Origin: Bacteroidales bacterium
Lineage (GTDB): Bacteria > Bacteroidota > Bacteroidia > Bacteroidales > BM520
NCBI GenBank assembly: GCA_016285515.1
Contig: JAEEQW010000011.1
Location: 1,165 to 65,164 of the forward strand
Direction of reading: 5' to 3'
DNA length: 64,000 nt
Under the pieces are notes generated by a model that saw only the letters and a program-made list of their open reading frames with translations, was not told the origin of the DNA and searched no databases. The stretch's first letter is position 1. Each line of letters opens with the position of its first letter. Positions 1 through 9,652 of this stretch are shown one piece after another. Position numbers and translations under genes: made by a program.

Positions 1-655
1 TATTGAAAGTGCATCCGTAAAAGTATATGCCGTCTGCATTTGCAAGTTTTACATGGTTGTAGAACACGTTGGAAATATCTAAATTGTTGTAGTCATTGAT
101 AGTAAAGGTACACAGGGTAAATTCGCTTCCGTTACTTACATTTCCATTGTCATTAAAAATATCGACCGATTCCTTGTTGTTAATGAACGATGTGTTCACG
201 GCAGTGATATAACCTGCATAATAATTGATTCCCATGACAAGACCGTCTGAATACACAGCCGTGTCTGCATTTTCAATTATACTGTTGGCTGCAATTAAAT
301 GAGATCTACGTGTCGATGAAGGGGAAGGATTAAGAATAATTCCCTCCCATAAGACATCATCACATAGGGATGTCAAAACACACGTGTCAAGTTCAAGTAC
401 AGCACCAGCATTGACAATGATATGCACGCTGTCGCCTAAATATATAGAGTCTTTCATTATTACGTTAATCCCTTGATTAATAACTATATCTCTGTTAAAT
501 CGTATATTACCTGAAATCACTGTGTCACTGGAAATGACAAGCGGATTGTTGTTATAAATGTATGAACTGCAGTCGAAGCGGGCATTTCCATTTTGGGATA
601 TACCTAATGCAAATGGTAATAGAAGAAATAAGATGATAAAAGTTTTCTTGAACAT
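1..655 (-). CDS. Secreted protein, probable beta-helix-rich T9SS-type cargo (3' end outside window)
   Basis: Not in the ORF track. Manual translation from ATG at 655 gives MFKKTFIILFLLLPFALGISQNGNARFDCSSYIYNNNPLVISSDTVISGNIRFNRDIVINQG...LWEGIILN...NTSFINN...GCTFN, open to the window edge, with a signal peptide and Asn/Ile-rich beta repeats. Confidence 0.75.
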   Translation of the reverse strand, partial: MFKKTFIILFLLLPFALGISQNGNARFDCSSYIYNNNPLVISSDTVISGNIRFNRDIVINQGINVIMKDSIYLGDSVHIIVNAGAVLELDTCVLTSLCDDVLWEGIILNPSPSSTRRSHLIAANSIIENADTAVYSDGLVMGINYYAGYITAVNTSFINNKESVDIFNDNGNVSNGSEFTLCTFTINDYNNLDISNVFYNHVKLANADGIYFYGCTFN

Positions 656-701
656 AGTTGTGCAATAATACATAAAATTTCCGAATTTTATGCCGGATGA
701 A

Positions 702-772
702 TAAAAAAAAACCTCTCACCACCTTTGCAGGCGAAAGGCTTGGGTGTGGGAGGCACCTCTTTGCCTTTAATA
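702..772 (-). terminator. Extended hairpin followed by a U-run (intrinsic terminator-like)
   Basis: Minus strand reads cctcccacacccaagcctttcgcctgcaaaggtggtgagagg-ttttttttt. Confidence 0.5.
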
Positions 773-867
773 AGAGAATGGGAACGCTTCTATGAAGCAT
801 GTTGAAACAAAACATACTTCGAACATGTGCTTTAAACACCAAAATAAAATTCTAACGAACATAAAAT

Positions 868-909
868 AAAAAAAGAAGCCAACCTAAAATCACTTTTTAG
901 TCGGCCTCT
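868..909 (-). terminator. Intrinsic terminator after tRNA-Arg
   Basis: Minus strand agaggccgactaaaa-agtga-ttttaggttggcttct followed by a T-run. Confidence 0.75.
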
Positions 910-916
910 ATTTGTG

Positions 917-992
917 TGAACCTGGCGGGGATCGAACCCACAACCTTCTGATCCGTAGTCAGATACTCTGAATCCAATTGAGCTACAGGTCC
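917..992 (-). tRNA. tRNA-Arg (anticodon ACG)
   Basis: Reverse complement GGACCTGTAGCTCAATTGGATTCAGAGTATCTGACT-ACG-GATCAGAAGGTTGTGGGTTCGATCCCCGCCAGGTTCA folds as a cloverleaf; CCA is not encoded. Confidence 0.97.
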
Positions 993-1031
993 ATTTATGT
1001 TGCAATGACTTATCTCTCTCAATTGCGGATG

Positions 1032-1039
1032 CAAAGATA
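1032..1039 (-). promoter_or_regulatory. Bacteroidota -7 promoter element for the tRNA
   Basis: TATCTTTG on the minus strand matches TAnnTTTG, ~40 nt upstream of the tRNA. Confidence 0.65.
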
Positions 1040-1136
1040 ATACTTTTTTAATGATATGTTACTTTTTTGTTAAAATTATTTTTTTTCAGCAAAAATGAGG
1101 ATTTGATTTGATGACATTAAAGGTCGTAGTTTATTG

Positions 1137-2804
1137 TCATTGCTCAATTATTAGATTTCCAGAAACGTTCCATGCGCTGAAACTGTTTCCTTCGCGCGGG
1201 CCTTGCGGAATGGCTATAATTATCCTGTGACTGCCGGCTGACAGCTTTTCATAGTTGAATTCAACTGGATTTGTTATAGTTCCCGGGCACCAGCCTGAAC
1301 GACTGTAATCTGATGATGTCAGACCGTCAGGGGAATTGCCTGAGCAAGGATTCTTTTCCCTGTTGCTGGCACAGTCACAACGCCATGGAGTGAATACAGT
1401 CTTGTTACCATCGAGAATAATGCTGTTCGGCTTCCGGTTGAACTCGTCTCCTCCACCCCATCCGCCATGACCGGTGGATATATAACTGAGAATGACGTTG
1501 GCAAGTTCGTGATTTATTTTGAAGTCAACCACAAGAGAATCGGTGTCGAAAAAATCCGAATAGCTTTGTCCTGCCATCTCCATGATATTTAGTGTGTTGA
1601 ACAATGGTATTACTTCTCTCCTAATACCCGAACCGTTTGGATGATATTTCAACTTTAAGTTAATAATATGTCCGCCTCGGTCATAATTGCCTATGAAGAC
1701 ACCTATCCATGCCTCGTGTGACAAATATTTTGAAAGAGCAGTCACATCCTGATGAAATACTATTGAATCATACCAATTGTAGTCACCATATTTGTACTTG
1801 TTATAGGCTCTTGTTCCGAACGAAGTGTAAAATCTGATCAGTTCAACAGGAACGTTATATTTTTCTGTGGAGACTTTTCCATATTGCCTTTTACCTGTTT
1901 TGGTCTCAAATGAAGGCAGCACTTCAACACCTTTCAGCAATCCGTCAATATACGACAATTCCTTGTCGGTCGGGATTACAAAGACCGTCCCTGTACGGTC
2001 GTATGCATCACCGTCAGAATATTGTGTGAGTTCTGCAAAGATGTCATAATTCCACGCGCTGTCGGGCAGTTGAACTTTCTTCAGGACTATTGTTCCGTTG
2101 GCAAATCTGTAAACGCTGTCGCCCCCAATTTCCGAATATGATGTCGGTGACTTTATTCCTGTGTCGAAACATATTCTTTGATTGTTAAATATGTCAACGA
2201 CTTTCGTGGAGTTTTCATTGAGCATCTTCTGAAGAACATGGCTTTCAACTATTTTGCCGTAAGTGCTCGGAAGCAAATCCTTTGATTTCTTGGAATACTC
2301 AATGTTAACAGCCTCCAGTACTCGTGAAGCATTGATTACATATTTCAAAACCAGTCCTTTGGTTATTCCGAAACGTGGAGCCGGGGTGCCCCAAAATTTT
2401 ATGTCAGAAGTGTAGTAAATGTCTATCCTGTTTGAATTTATTGTTGTGTAGGCCTTTTTGCATTTTACTCCTGCCACAGTCTCAGTTTCGTCAGTGTATT
2501 CCCAGTTGTCGAATTTGAATTTGTATGTCGAGGATACAATCTGCCCGTTGTCAAGAGTGGCACATTGATATACGGAGGAGTCAACAAAGTCGATGTATGT
2601 GACTACATCTGGACTTCCAGGATAACTTTCGCCTACCGAATATATTTTGGCGGAATTTTTTGAAATATCAACTATCGTAGATGAAGTCGTATCGCGATTT
2701 CCGTTGAATGACGACTGATATGTAATTGTCACACTTTCAGCGTTCTTCTGTGCAAATGCTGTATAACACAGCAATGTCAGAATAATGTATGATATTCGTT
2801 TCAT
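1137..2804 (-). CDS. Peptide-N-glycosidase F-II-like protein (N-terminal GLPGLI-type domain + PNGase F domains)
   Basis: Signal peptide; ETETVAGVKCKKA / GITKGLVL GLPGLI-like segment; PNGase motifs GDAYDRTG, ELIRFYTSFG, TGHGGWGGGDEF and SRSGWCPG. Confidence 0.85.
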   Translation of the reverse strand: MKRISYIILTLLCYTAFAQKNAESVTITYQSSFNGNRDTTSSTIVDISKNSAKIYSVGESYPGSPDVVTYIDFVDSSVYQCATLDNGQIVSSTYKFKFDNWEYTDETETVAGVKCKKAYTTINSNRIDIYYTSDIKFWGTPAPRFGITKGLVLKYVINASRVLEAVNIEYSKKSKDLLPSTYGKIVESHVLQKMLNENSTKVVDIFNNQRICFDTGIKSPTSYSEIGGDSVYRFANGTIVLKKVQLPDSAWNYDIFAELTQYSDGDAYDRTGTVFVIPTDKELSYIDGLLKGVEVLPSFETKTGKRQYGKVSTEKYNVPVELIRFYTSFGTRAYNKYKYGDYNWYDSIVFHQDVTALSKYLSHEAWIGVFIGNYDRGGHIINLKLKYHPNGSGIRREVIPLFNTLNIMEMAGQSYSDFFDTDSLVVDFKINHELANVILSYISTGHGGWGGGDEFNRKPNSIILDGNKTVFTPWRCDCASNREKNPCSGNSPDGLTSSDYSRSGWCPGTITNPVEFNYEKLSAGSHRIIIAIPQGPREGNSFSAWNVSGNLIIEQ

Positions 2805-2806
2805 GT

Positions 2807-3688
2807 CTATTTAATCGTATCGAAGTTTTTGCCGAAGACACCTTCAACTCTTGAAACAGACAAGAATGCGTTCGGGTCAACTCTTTTTATGAGCTGTAAG
2901 GCTCTTGCCTTGTCAATTCTTGGGACAATGACCAACAATACGTTGATGCTTTGTTTGGAGTACCATCCCTTGCCGTCAAGAGTTGTTACCCCTTTGTGTA
3001 TCTCGTTCACAAATGCATCAGCTATTTCCTGGTATTTTTCAGACATTACGATGAACTGATATGACTGTCTGTGTCCGTTAAGTGTATGGTCGATAAGTGC
3101 TGATGTTAACAGCATTGTCACAAAGGCATAGACTACATCAGTCGGGTTTCTGTAAATAATGTACATGGCAGCAACTATAATCACGTTGCAGTACAGACTG
3201 ACCCTGCCAGTGGAAACATTCCTATACTTGCTGATTATGAGTGATATTATATCAGTACCTCCTGTGTTACCACCGTTGTTGAAGCACAAACCGAGTCCGA
3301 ATCCTCCCAAAGTACCACCGAGCACCGCACACATGAATCTGTCATCAATCATCGGCTCTGTTATCAGTTTCTGGAATAGTGTGAGAAGTACAGATGTGAC
3401 AACAACTCCATAAATAGAGAGCTTAATAAATTTCCAGCCCATAATTTTCAAGGCAAAAATAAACACAATCAGGTTCAAGACAAAATACGTGACACCGACA
3501 GGAATGCCGTTGCCTGATTTTGATGTCAGAAAATAAACGATTGTACCTATACCTCCAAAACCGCCACTTATTATTCCTGATGGAACGAGGAATGCAGTGA
3601 CTGCAAAACAATAAATCGCTATCCCTAAGGTGATTAATACGTACGACTTTATATTGTTGAGTATCAATTTTCTATCAATAGATTTCAT
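2807..3688 (-). CDS. YitT family membrane protein
   Basis: Multiple TM helices, GGNTGGTDII motif, C-terminal GVTTLDGKGWYS...DPNAF (DUF2179). Confidence 0.9.
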   Translation of the reverse strand: MKSIDRKLILNNIKSYVLITLGIAIYCFAVTAFLVPSGIISGGFGGIGTIVYFLTSKSGNGIPVGVTYFVLNLIVFIFALKIMGWKFIKLSIYGVVVTSVLLTLFQKLITEPMIDDRFMCAVLGGTLGGFGLGLCFNNGGNTGGTDIISLIISKYRNVSTGRVSLYCNVIIVAAMYIIYRNPTDVVYAFVTMLLTSALIDHTLNGHRQSYQFIVMSEKYQEIADAFVNEIHKGVTTLDGKGWYSKQSINVLLVIVPRIDKARALQLIKRVDPNAFLSVSRVEGVFGKNFDTIK

Positions 3689-3700
3689 TTTGTTTTGTTT

Positions 3701-3743
3701 AAAAAAAATCGAGAAACCATTTTTGAGATGGATTTCCCGATTT
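3701..3743 (-). terminator. Intrinsic terminator after argF
   Basis: Minus strand aaatcgggaaatccat-ctcaaaa-atggtttctcgattt followed by a T-run. Confidence 0.65.
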
Positions 3744-3762
3744 AAATATTTAAAAGAATAAA

Positions 3763-4764
3763 CTATTCGCCGAGAGTAGCCACCATGACAGCCTTTATGG
3801 TGTGCAGGCGGTTTTCAGCTTCATCGAAAACGAGTGACATTGGTGATTCGAACACTTCATCGGTGACTTCCATTTCGGAAACGCCGAATTTCTGGTAGAT
3901 GTCCTCACCTATTGTGGTTTCGCGATTGTGGAATGAAGGCAGGCAATGCAGGAATTTCACGTTAGGATTGCCGGTTTTCTTGACCACATCCATGTTAACC
4001 TGATAAGGAAGCATTATATTAATTCTCTTAGCCCATTCTTCCTGAGCTTCACCCATTGACACCCATACATCGGTATAAAGGAAATCAACTCCTTTGACAC
4101 CTTTTTCAACATCCTCTGTGAGGGTGATTTTTGCGCCTGTCTCTTTGGCTATTTTCTTGCATGTTTTAACAAGTTCCTCTTTTGGCCAGAAAGCCTTCGG
4201 GGCAACTGCTCTGAAATCCATACCCATCTTTGCGGCACCAACCATAAGGGAATTGCCCATGTTGTTGCGGGCATCACCCATATATGCGAACGCCACCTTG
4301 TTGAGAGGTTTGTCGGTATTTTCCATCATTGTAAGAAAATCAGCAAGAATCTGTGTCGGGTGGAATTCTGTTGTAAGACCATTCCATACTGGAACTCCGG
4401 CGTATGCTGCGAGGGTTTCGACTATTTCCTGCGAATATCCGCGATATTCAATGCCATCATACATTCTCCCGAGGACGCGAGCTGTGTCTTTCATGGATTC
4501 CTTTTTGCCCATCTGTGAACCTGACGGTCCAAGATAGGTGACGTGAGCACCTTGGTCGAGAGCTGCGACTTCAAAAGCACAGCGTGTACGGGTTGAATCC
4601 TTCTCAAACAGCAAAACAATGTTTTTGCCCTTTAATGTCTGCTGCTCAGTTCCGGCATACTTTGCCTGCTTGAGCTGATAAGCGAGATTTAAAAAATGTT
4701 GGATCTCCTTTGGAGTGAAATCCAGCAACTTTAAGAAATTTCTGTTTCTAAGATTAAAAGCCAT
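3763..4764 (-). CDS. argF: Ornithine carbamoyltransferase
   Basis: STRTR, HPTQ, DVWVSMG and HCLP motifs. Confidence 0.97.
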   Translation of the reverse strand: MAFNLRNRNFLKLLDFTPKEIQHFLNLAYQLKQAKYAGTEQQTLKGKNIVLLFEKDSTRTRCAFEVAALDQGAHVTYLGPSGSQMGKKESMKDTARVLGRMYDGIEYRGYSQEIVETLAAYAGVPVWNGLTTEFHPTQILADFLTMMENTDKPLNKVAFAYMGDARNNMGNSLMVGAAKMGMDFRAVAPKAFWPKEELVKTCKKIAKETGAKITLTEDVEKGVKGVDFLYTDVWVSMGEAQEEWAKRINIMLPYQVNMDVVKKTGNPNVKFLHCLPSFHNRETTIGEDIYQKFGVSEMEVTDEVFESPMSLVFDEAENRLHTIKAVMVATLGE

Positions 4765-4823
4765 TTTCTTTCAGTTTAATTGATCTGTATTTTTTGATAA
4801 ATATGTATTGTCTGTAGAAACTG

Positions 4824-4850
4824 CAAAATTACACATTTTTTATATCTTTG
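4824..4850. promoter_or_regulatory. Divergent TAnnTTTG promoter elements (argF / helicase)
   Basis: TAATTTTG on minus (4824-4831) and TATCTTTG on plus (4843-4850). Confidence 0.55.
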
Positions 4851-4866
4851 CAACTTTAGAAATAGC

Positions 4867-6960
4867 ATGAAAGATAATAAACAGTTACAACTTGCATACG
4901 ATTTTGTCCTGTCAACAGGTACTTCAATCTTTCTCACGGGAAAGGCGGGAACCGGCAAATCCACGTTTCTTCGCAAGATAAGAAAGGAAATACCCAAACG
5001 GAGTGTCGTCCTTGCCCCTACTGGTGTGGCCGCTATTAATGTCGAAGGCGTAACTGTCCACTCTTTCTTCCAACTGCCGTTCTGTCCTTTTATTCCAGGC
5101 ATGAACTATAAGGAAGAAGACACCTATAAATATACAGCTGAAAAGTTGAAGATTATCAGAAGTGTTGACCTGATAATAATTGATGAAATAAGCATGGTCC
5201 GTCCGGACACTCTTGACGCAATGGACTCAATATTACGTAAACACAGACGTAATGAAGCACCTTTCGGAGGTGTACAGCTTCTTATGATAGGTGACCTGCA
5301 ACAACTTGCTCCGGTAATTAAAGATGATGACTGGTCGGTGCTGAAGTCATATTACACAACACCTTATTTCTTCAGCAGCATGGCACTACAACGCATGAAC
5401 TATGTCTGCATTAATCTTACTGAAATATTCCGGCAGAATGATCCGGAATTCATTGAAATTCTTGATAAAATACGTGACAAATCCCTTGATGATGAAACTA
5501 TCAATATTATAAACAGACAGTATAAACCGGATTTCGTCCCGGATGACAAGGATGGCTACATAACTCTTACCACACACAATGCCACAGCAAAGAAAATCAA
5601 TGAGGAAAAACTTGCTGCCATAGATGATGAAGAATTTACGTTTGATGCTCAAATTGACGGCGAATTTCCTGAAAATTCATTCCCGACAGACAGGACACTC
5701 ATTCTAAAGAAAAATGCTCAGGTCATGTTTATTAAAAATGATGTTGGCGCTGACAGACGGTATTACAACGGAAAAATAGGTATTATCACTGATATTGATT
5801 CAAAATCAGTCACAATCACTTGTCCTGAGAACAACAAACCAATCGTAGTGAAACCCGTCCAATGGAAGAATGTCCGATACAAAGTTGACAGAAAAACAAA
5901 CGCAATTTCTGAAGAGGAAATCGGTTCGTTTGAACAGATGCCACTTAAACTTGCCTGGGCAATCACAATTCACAAGAGTCAGGGACTGACGTTTGATAAG
6001 GTTATCATTAATGCTCAGGCCGCTTTTGCTCATGGTCAGGTTTATGTTGCCTTCAGCAGATGCCGTTCGCTGAAAGACATAGTCCTACACTCCCCCATCT
6101 CAAAAAATATGATTTTTGATGATTATTATGTGGATTTGTTTACCAATGAAATTCACGACAATCAGGTTGACAATCAAAAACTTGAATTATTCCAACAACA
6201 ATATTATATGCAGCTGCTGAGCGAATTGTTCGATTTTGACCAGTTACGCGATTCCCTTTCCATGCTGTCAGTCCAGATTAAAGTTAATTTCGGCAAGTCA
6301 TATCCGAAATTATCAGAAGATTATACAAATGCTGTCAAGGAATTTTACAAGGATATCATTGAGGTCGCACATCGTTTCATGTCGTTGATTCCGACACTTT
6401 CCCGCGATAATGATGCGTTTCACCTGAAAATAAAAAATGGTGCCTCCTATTTCCGTGGAAAAATGGAGAATATAGTTAAAAATCTGATTGACAACACAAA
6501 CGTTGAGACCGATTCAAAAGAAAACAAACAGAAATTCAATGAAATATACGAGCGATGCTATAAGGAGTGGTATTTGAAGGATGCCGTTTTACAAACGACA
6601 GCTGATAATGGATTGAATACTGTTGAATATCTTGATGTAAGAGCAAATGCAATTCTTGAGGCTGATAAGCTATCGAAAGCAAAACTGCGCAAACGTGACG
6701 GCTCGGCATCGCCTGATATCCAGAACATGCGACTGTTTATGACACTAAAAGAGTGGCGTGAGGCAGAGGCTTCCATACATGATGTGGAGCCACACGTGAT
6801 ACTTCAGTACAAATCACTTGTTGACCTTGCAAACAAACTGCCGTCAACGAAAAAGGAGCTTCTTTCAATAGCAGGAATCGGGAAAGTGAAGGCTGCAAAA
6901 TACGGAGATGAAATTCTTGAAATCATTGAGGAATGGAAAAGTTACAGGAGGGACCAGTAA
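4867..6960 (+). CDS. Pif1/RecD-like SF1B helicase with C-terminal HRDC domain
   Basis: GKAGTGKS, APTGVAA, DEISM, GDLQQL, WAITIHKSQG, GQVYVAFSR; HRDC segment LKEWR...GIGKVKAAKYG. Confidence 0.92.
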   Translation: MKDNKQLQLAYDFVLSTGTSIFLTGKAGTGKSTFLRKIRKEIPKRSVVLAPTGVAAINVEGVTVHSFFQLPFCPFIPGMNYKEEDTYKYTAEKLKIIRSVDLIIIDEISMVRPDTLDAMDSILRKHRRNEAPFGGVQLLMIGDLQQLAPVIKDDDWSVLKSYYTTPYFFSSMALQRMNYVCINLTEIFRQNDPEFIEILDKIRDKSLDDETINIINRQYKPDFVPDDKDGYITLTTHNATAKKINEEKLAAIDDEEFTFDAQIDGEFPENSFPTDRTLILKKNAQVMFIKNDVGADRRYYNGKIGIITDIDSKSVTITCPENNKPIVVKPVQWKNVRYKVDRKTNAISEEEIGSFEQMPLKLAWAITIHKSQGLTFDKVIINAQAAFAHGQVYVAFSRCRSLKDIVLHSPISKNMIFDDYYVDLFTNEIHDNQVDNQKLELFQQQYYMQLLSELFDFDQLRDSLSMLSVQIKVNFGKSYPKLSEDYTNAVKEFYKDIIEVAHRFMSLIPTLSRDNDAFHLKIKNGASYFRGKMENIVKNLIDNTNVETDSKENKQKFNEIYERCYKEWYLKDAVLQTTADNGLNTVEYLDVRANAILEADKLSKAKLRKRDGSASPDIQNMRLFMTLKEWREAEASIHDVEPHVILQYKSLVDLANKLPSTKKELLSIAGIGKVKAAKYGDEILEIIEEWKSYRRDQ

Positions 6961-7674
6961 ATGTGGAATGAACGTACGCTACTTCTTATACATGAAGAAA
7001 ATGTAAAACGTTTGCAGCAATGCAACGTGCTCATCGTCGGAGTCGGAGGAGTAGGCGCATACAGTGCCGAACATATCTGTCGTTCCGGCATCGGAGCCAT
7101 AACAATCGTAGATGCTGACAGCGTCAGCGAATCAAATATCAATCGGCAGCTTATTGCCCTGCACAGCACCATTGGTATCCCAAAAGTTGAATTGATGAGA
7201 GACAGAATGCTCGACATAAATCCCGAGTTGAAAATTGAGGCGCGCAATATGTTTGTTACCACCGACAATATTCCTGAAATTGTCGGCTCACAGCATTTTG
7301 ATTACATCGTAGATGCAATTGATACTATCGCACCCAAAATCGCTCTTCTGACCTATGCATATAATCACAATATCCCGGTAATCAGTTCAATGGGGGCTGG
7401 TGGAAGAACGGACCCGACCAAAATTTATGTTACTGACATTTCAAAGACTTATAACGACAAACTTGCATCCGTAGTTCGTCAGCGTCTCAGAAAAGAAGGT
7501 ATATTGTCCGGCATTAAGGTTGTATTCTCGACTGAGGTTGCAGACGCCGAAGCCGTCATGCAGACTCCGGGAGCAAGAAATCAGTGCTCCGTGAGAGGAA
7601 CTGTCTCTTACATACCTGCACTTTTCGGTACTATGATTGCAGGAACTGTAATTAAAGATTTAATTACCAAGTGA
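6961..7674 (+). CDS. tcdA: tRNA threonylcarbamoyladenosine dehydratase (ThiF family)
   Basis: GVGGVG, SNINRQ, DAID and SSMGAG motifs. Confidence 0.88.
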   Translation: MWNERTLLLIHEENVKRLQQCNVLIVGVGGVGAYSAEHICRSGIGAITIVDADSVSESNINRQLIALHSTIGIPKVELMRDRMLDINPELKIEARNMFVTTDNIPEIVGSQHFDYIVDAIDTIAPKIALLTYAYNHNIPVISSMGAGGRTDPTKIYVTDISKTYNDKLASVVRQRLRKEGILSGIKVVFSTEVADAEAVMQTPGARNQCSVRGTVSYIPALFGTMIAGTVIKDLITK

Positions 7675-7728
7675 GTTGTTTGTAATTTTGCAAAAAAAAT
7701 TTCATCTTTGCAAATCAAATTTTGAATT

Positions 7729-9048
7729 ATGAATCTTGTTCATAAAAATGTATATGATTTTATCAGATTTTTTGCACGTATCGTCATAAGAAATAATTTT
7801 GAAAAAATTGTTTACATTAATGATGAAGTTGTTCCTGATGATGTGCCTGTAATATTTGCCCCAAATCATCGTAATGCGGTTGTCGATGGACTTTTGCTCG
7901 TTAATTTTTTCAGCAAAGAGATAGTGTTTCTTGCGAGGGCAGATTTTTTCCGCAATATCATACTGAGAAATTTTCTGAAGTCACTTTGTGTTACTCCGAT
8001 TTATCGAAACCGTGACGGACGTAAGAATCTTTCAAAAAATGTTGATGTGTTTGATGCTTGCGGCAAAATTCTTTTCGAAAAACAGCCAATATGTATCTTC
8101 CCTGAAGGCATGCATAGTCCGAAGCAGTCACTGCTGCCTATACAGAAAGGCATTCCGAGGATAGCACTGCCGGTTGAGGATAATAATAATTTCAGTCTCA
8201 ACATAACAGTTATACCTGTCGTTATTTATTATACTGACATGCATGCTCTTTTATCTGACTGTTACGTGAAATTCTGCAAACCTATTAGAGCGGTTGACTA
8301 TAAAGACCAGTATCATGAAAATCCAAACCTTGCATTCAACAATATGCGCCACGATATGGAGCAGATTATGCAGTCGGAAATGATAAACGTGACGCATGAC
8401 GAATTCTATGATGACTATCTGCACTGTATTGACCTTTGTGCCAGAGGAATCGTTGCAGAAACCTTACCTGACCGTCAAGATGGTCTTTTCATAGTCACCA
8501 AGAGTATTGTTGAAAAATTAGATTCTCTTTTCACAAATGAAAACGAAAAGTTCAGAACAGTTATAAACCGCTACAAAGAGGCATATAACCTTTTGTCACA
8601 AGCAAAGATAAGTTCCAAGTGCGATATCAAGAATGTAAAGTCTGACTCATCAATATCACTTATTATTCTATCATTGCTATTGACATTACCTTTCGCTTTA
8701 TATGCTGCAATAAACTGCATTTTTCCAATTGCCATTGACAAAATTTTAAACAAAGTCATAAAGGACAAACAGTTTATTTCATCACTGAGAATAGTCATAG
8801 CATTATTTGTTTTGCCGTTATTTGTTATAATTCAGGCAGTTATATTAGGCTTATGTCTGCATAACTGGTGGATTCCCATATTGTATGCTTTATCAATAAT
8901 ACCTACATTTAGGGTATTTGAATATTGGCGTAAAAACTTATTCAATATTGTCAGCAATATCCGAATCAAGGGATTTATAAGGAAACATCGAGCCACATGG
9001 GAAAGGATACAGGACCTTACTGATTGGCACGATTGGTTCAACAACTAA
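7729..9048 (+). CDS. Glycerophospholipid acyltransferase (PlsC-like) with C-terminal TM segments
   Basis: NHRNAVVD (HX4D), FLAR and IFPEG motifs. Confidence 0.85.
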   Translation: MNLVHKNVYDFIRFFARIVIRNNFEKIVYINDEVVPDDVPVIFAPNHRNAVVDGLLLVNFFSKEIVFLARADFFRNIILRNFLKSLCVTPIYRNRDGRKNLSKNVDVFDACGKILFEKQPICIFPEGMHSPKQSLLPIQKGIPRIALPVEDNNNFSLNITVIPVVIYYTDMHALLSDCYVKFCKPIRAVDYKDQYHENPNLAFNNMRHDMEQIMQSEMINVTHDEFYDDYLHCIDLCARGIVAETLPDRQDGLFIVTKSIVEKLDSLFTNENEKFRTVINRYKEAYNLLSQAKISSKCDIKNVKSDSSISLIILSLLLTLPFALYAAINCIFPIAIDKILNKVIKDKQFISSLRIVIALFVLPLFVIIQAVILGLCLHNWWIPILYALSIIPTFRVFEYWRKNLFNIVSNIRIKGFIRKHRATWERIQDLTDWHDWFNN

Positions 9049-9050
9049 GT

Positions 9051-9087
9051 AAAAAAAAACTGACTGTTAACAGCCAGTTTTTTTTTA
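9051..9087. terminator. Bidirectional intrinsic terminator
   Basis: A-run, ctgactgt-ta-acagccag, T-run, between convergent genes. Confidence 0.75.
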
Positions 9088-9106
9088 CTAATTTTTAATG
9101 AGATTT

Positions 9107-9514
9107 TTAATAAGTAATTACTCCTGGAAGTTTCTTAGCATGGTCAATCATTCTCTGAACTTCAATTTCAACTGGTACACGGCCAACGAGATGTTTGGCC
9201 TCATTGACTTCAGCAAGTTTGGCAGCAAGATTTGCTGCATTGCGTGTGCCAAGTTCCTTGACTGTATCAACACCAGCTGCTTCGAGCAGTTCGGCAAATT
9301 GTGGACCTATGCCCTTTACACGGAATAAGTCAGCGTGATTTGTCCATGTCAGAATCTTATCATTGGAAATACCGGTTGCCTCGACAAGTTCCTTACGACC
9401 TTTTGGATTGCAGCATTTTTCAAGTAATTGTTCTGCTGTTTCAATTCCAGCTTTTGTAAGTTTTTCAGCATAAACTGGACCTATGCCTTCAATTTCTACT
9501 ATTTTATGTGCCAT
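9107..9514 (-). CDS. DUF4332 family helix-hairpin-helix protein
   Basis: IEGIGPVYAEKL, ADLFRVKGIGPQFAELLEAAGVDTVKEL. Confidence 0.85.
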   Translation of the reverse strand: MAHKIVEIEGIGPVYAEKLTKAGIETAEQLLEKCCNPKGRKELVEATGISNDKILTWTNHADLFRVKGIGPQFAELLEAAGVDTVKELGTRNAANLAAKLAEVNEAKHLVGRVPVEIEVQRMIDHAKKLPGVITY

Positions 9515-9652
9515 GATATAAATTATTTTGTCGCAAAATTAATTAATATTCAAATACTTTCAAAATGTTTTTTCAATTTTTTTTCATTCAGGAAAAATAT
9601 TTTGCTTGCTCTGATTAATTTTGCAGCGATTAACAATTTCAATGAAAACAAA

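Noticed and set aside
552-842. 96-aa minus-strand ORF
   Set aside because: It crosses a terminator-like hairpin and overlaps the better ORF starting at 655.
917-992. tRNA as an island integration site
   Set aside because: No integrase and no duplicated tRNA 3' end was seen in the window.
9428-9652. N-terminal extension of the MATE ORF (likewise the 44836 ffh, 39724 LytTR and 51667 C25 starts)
   Set aside because: These extensions overlap neighbouring genes or promoter motifs; family similarity begins at the downstream starts.
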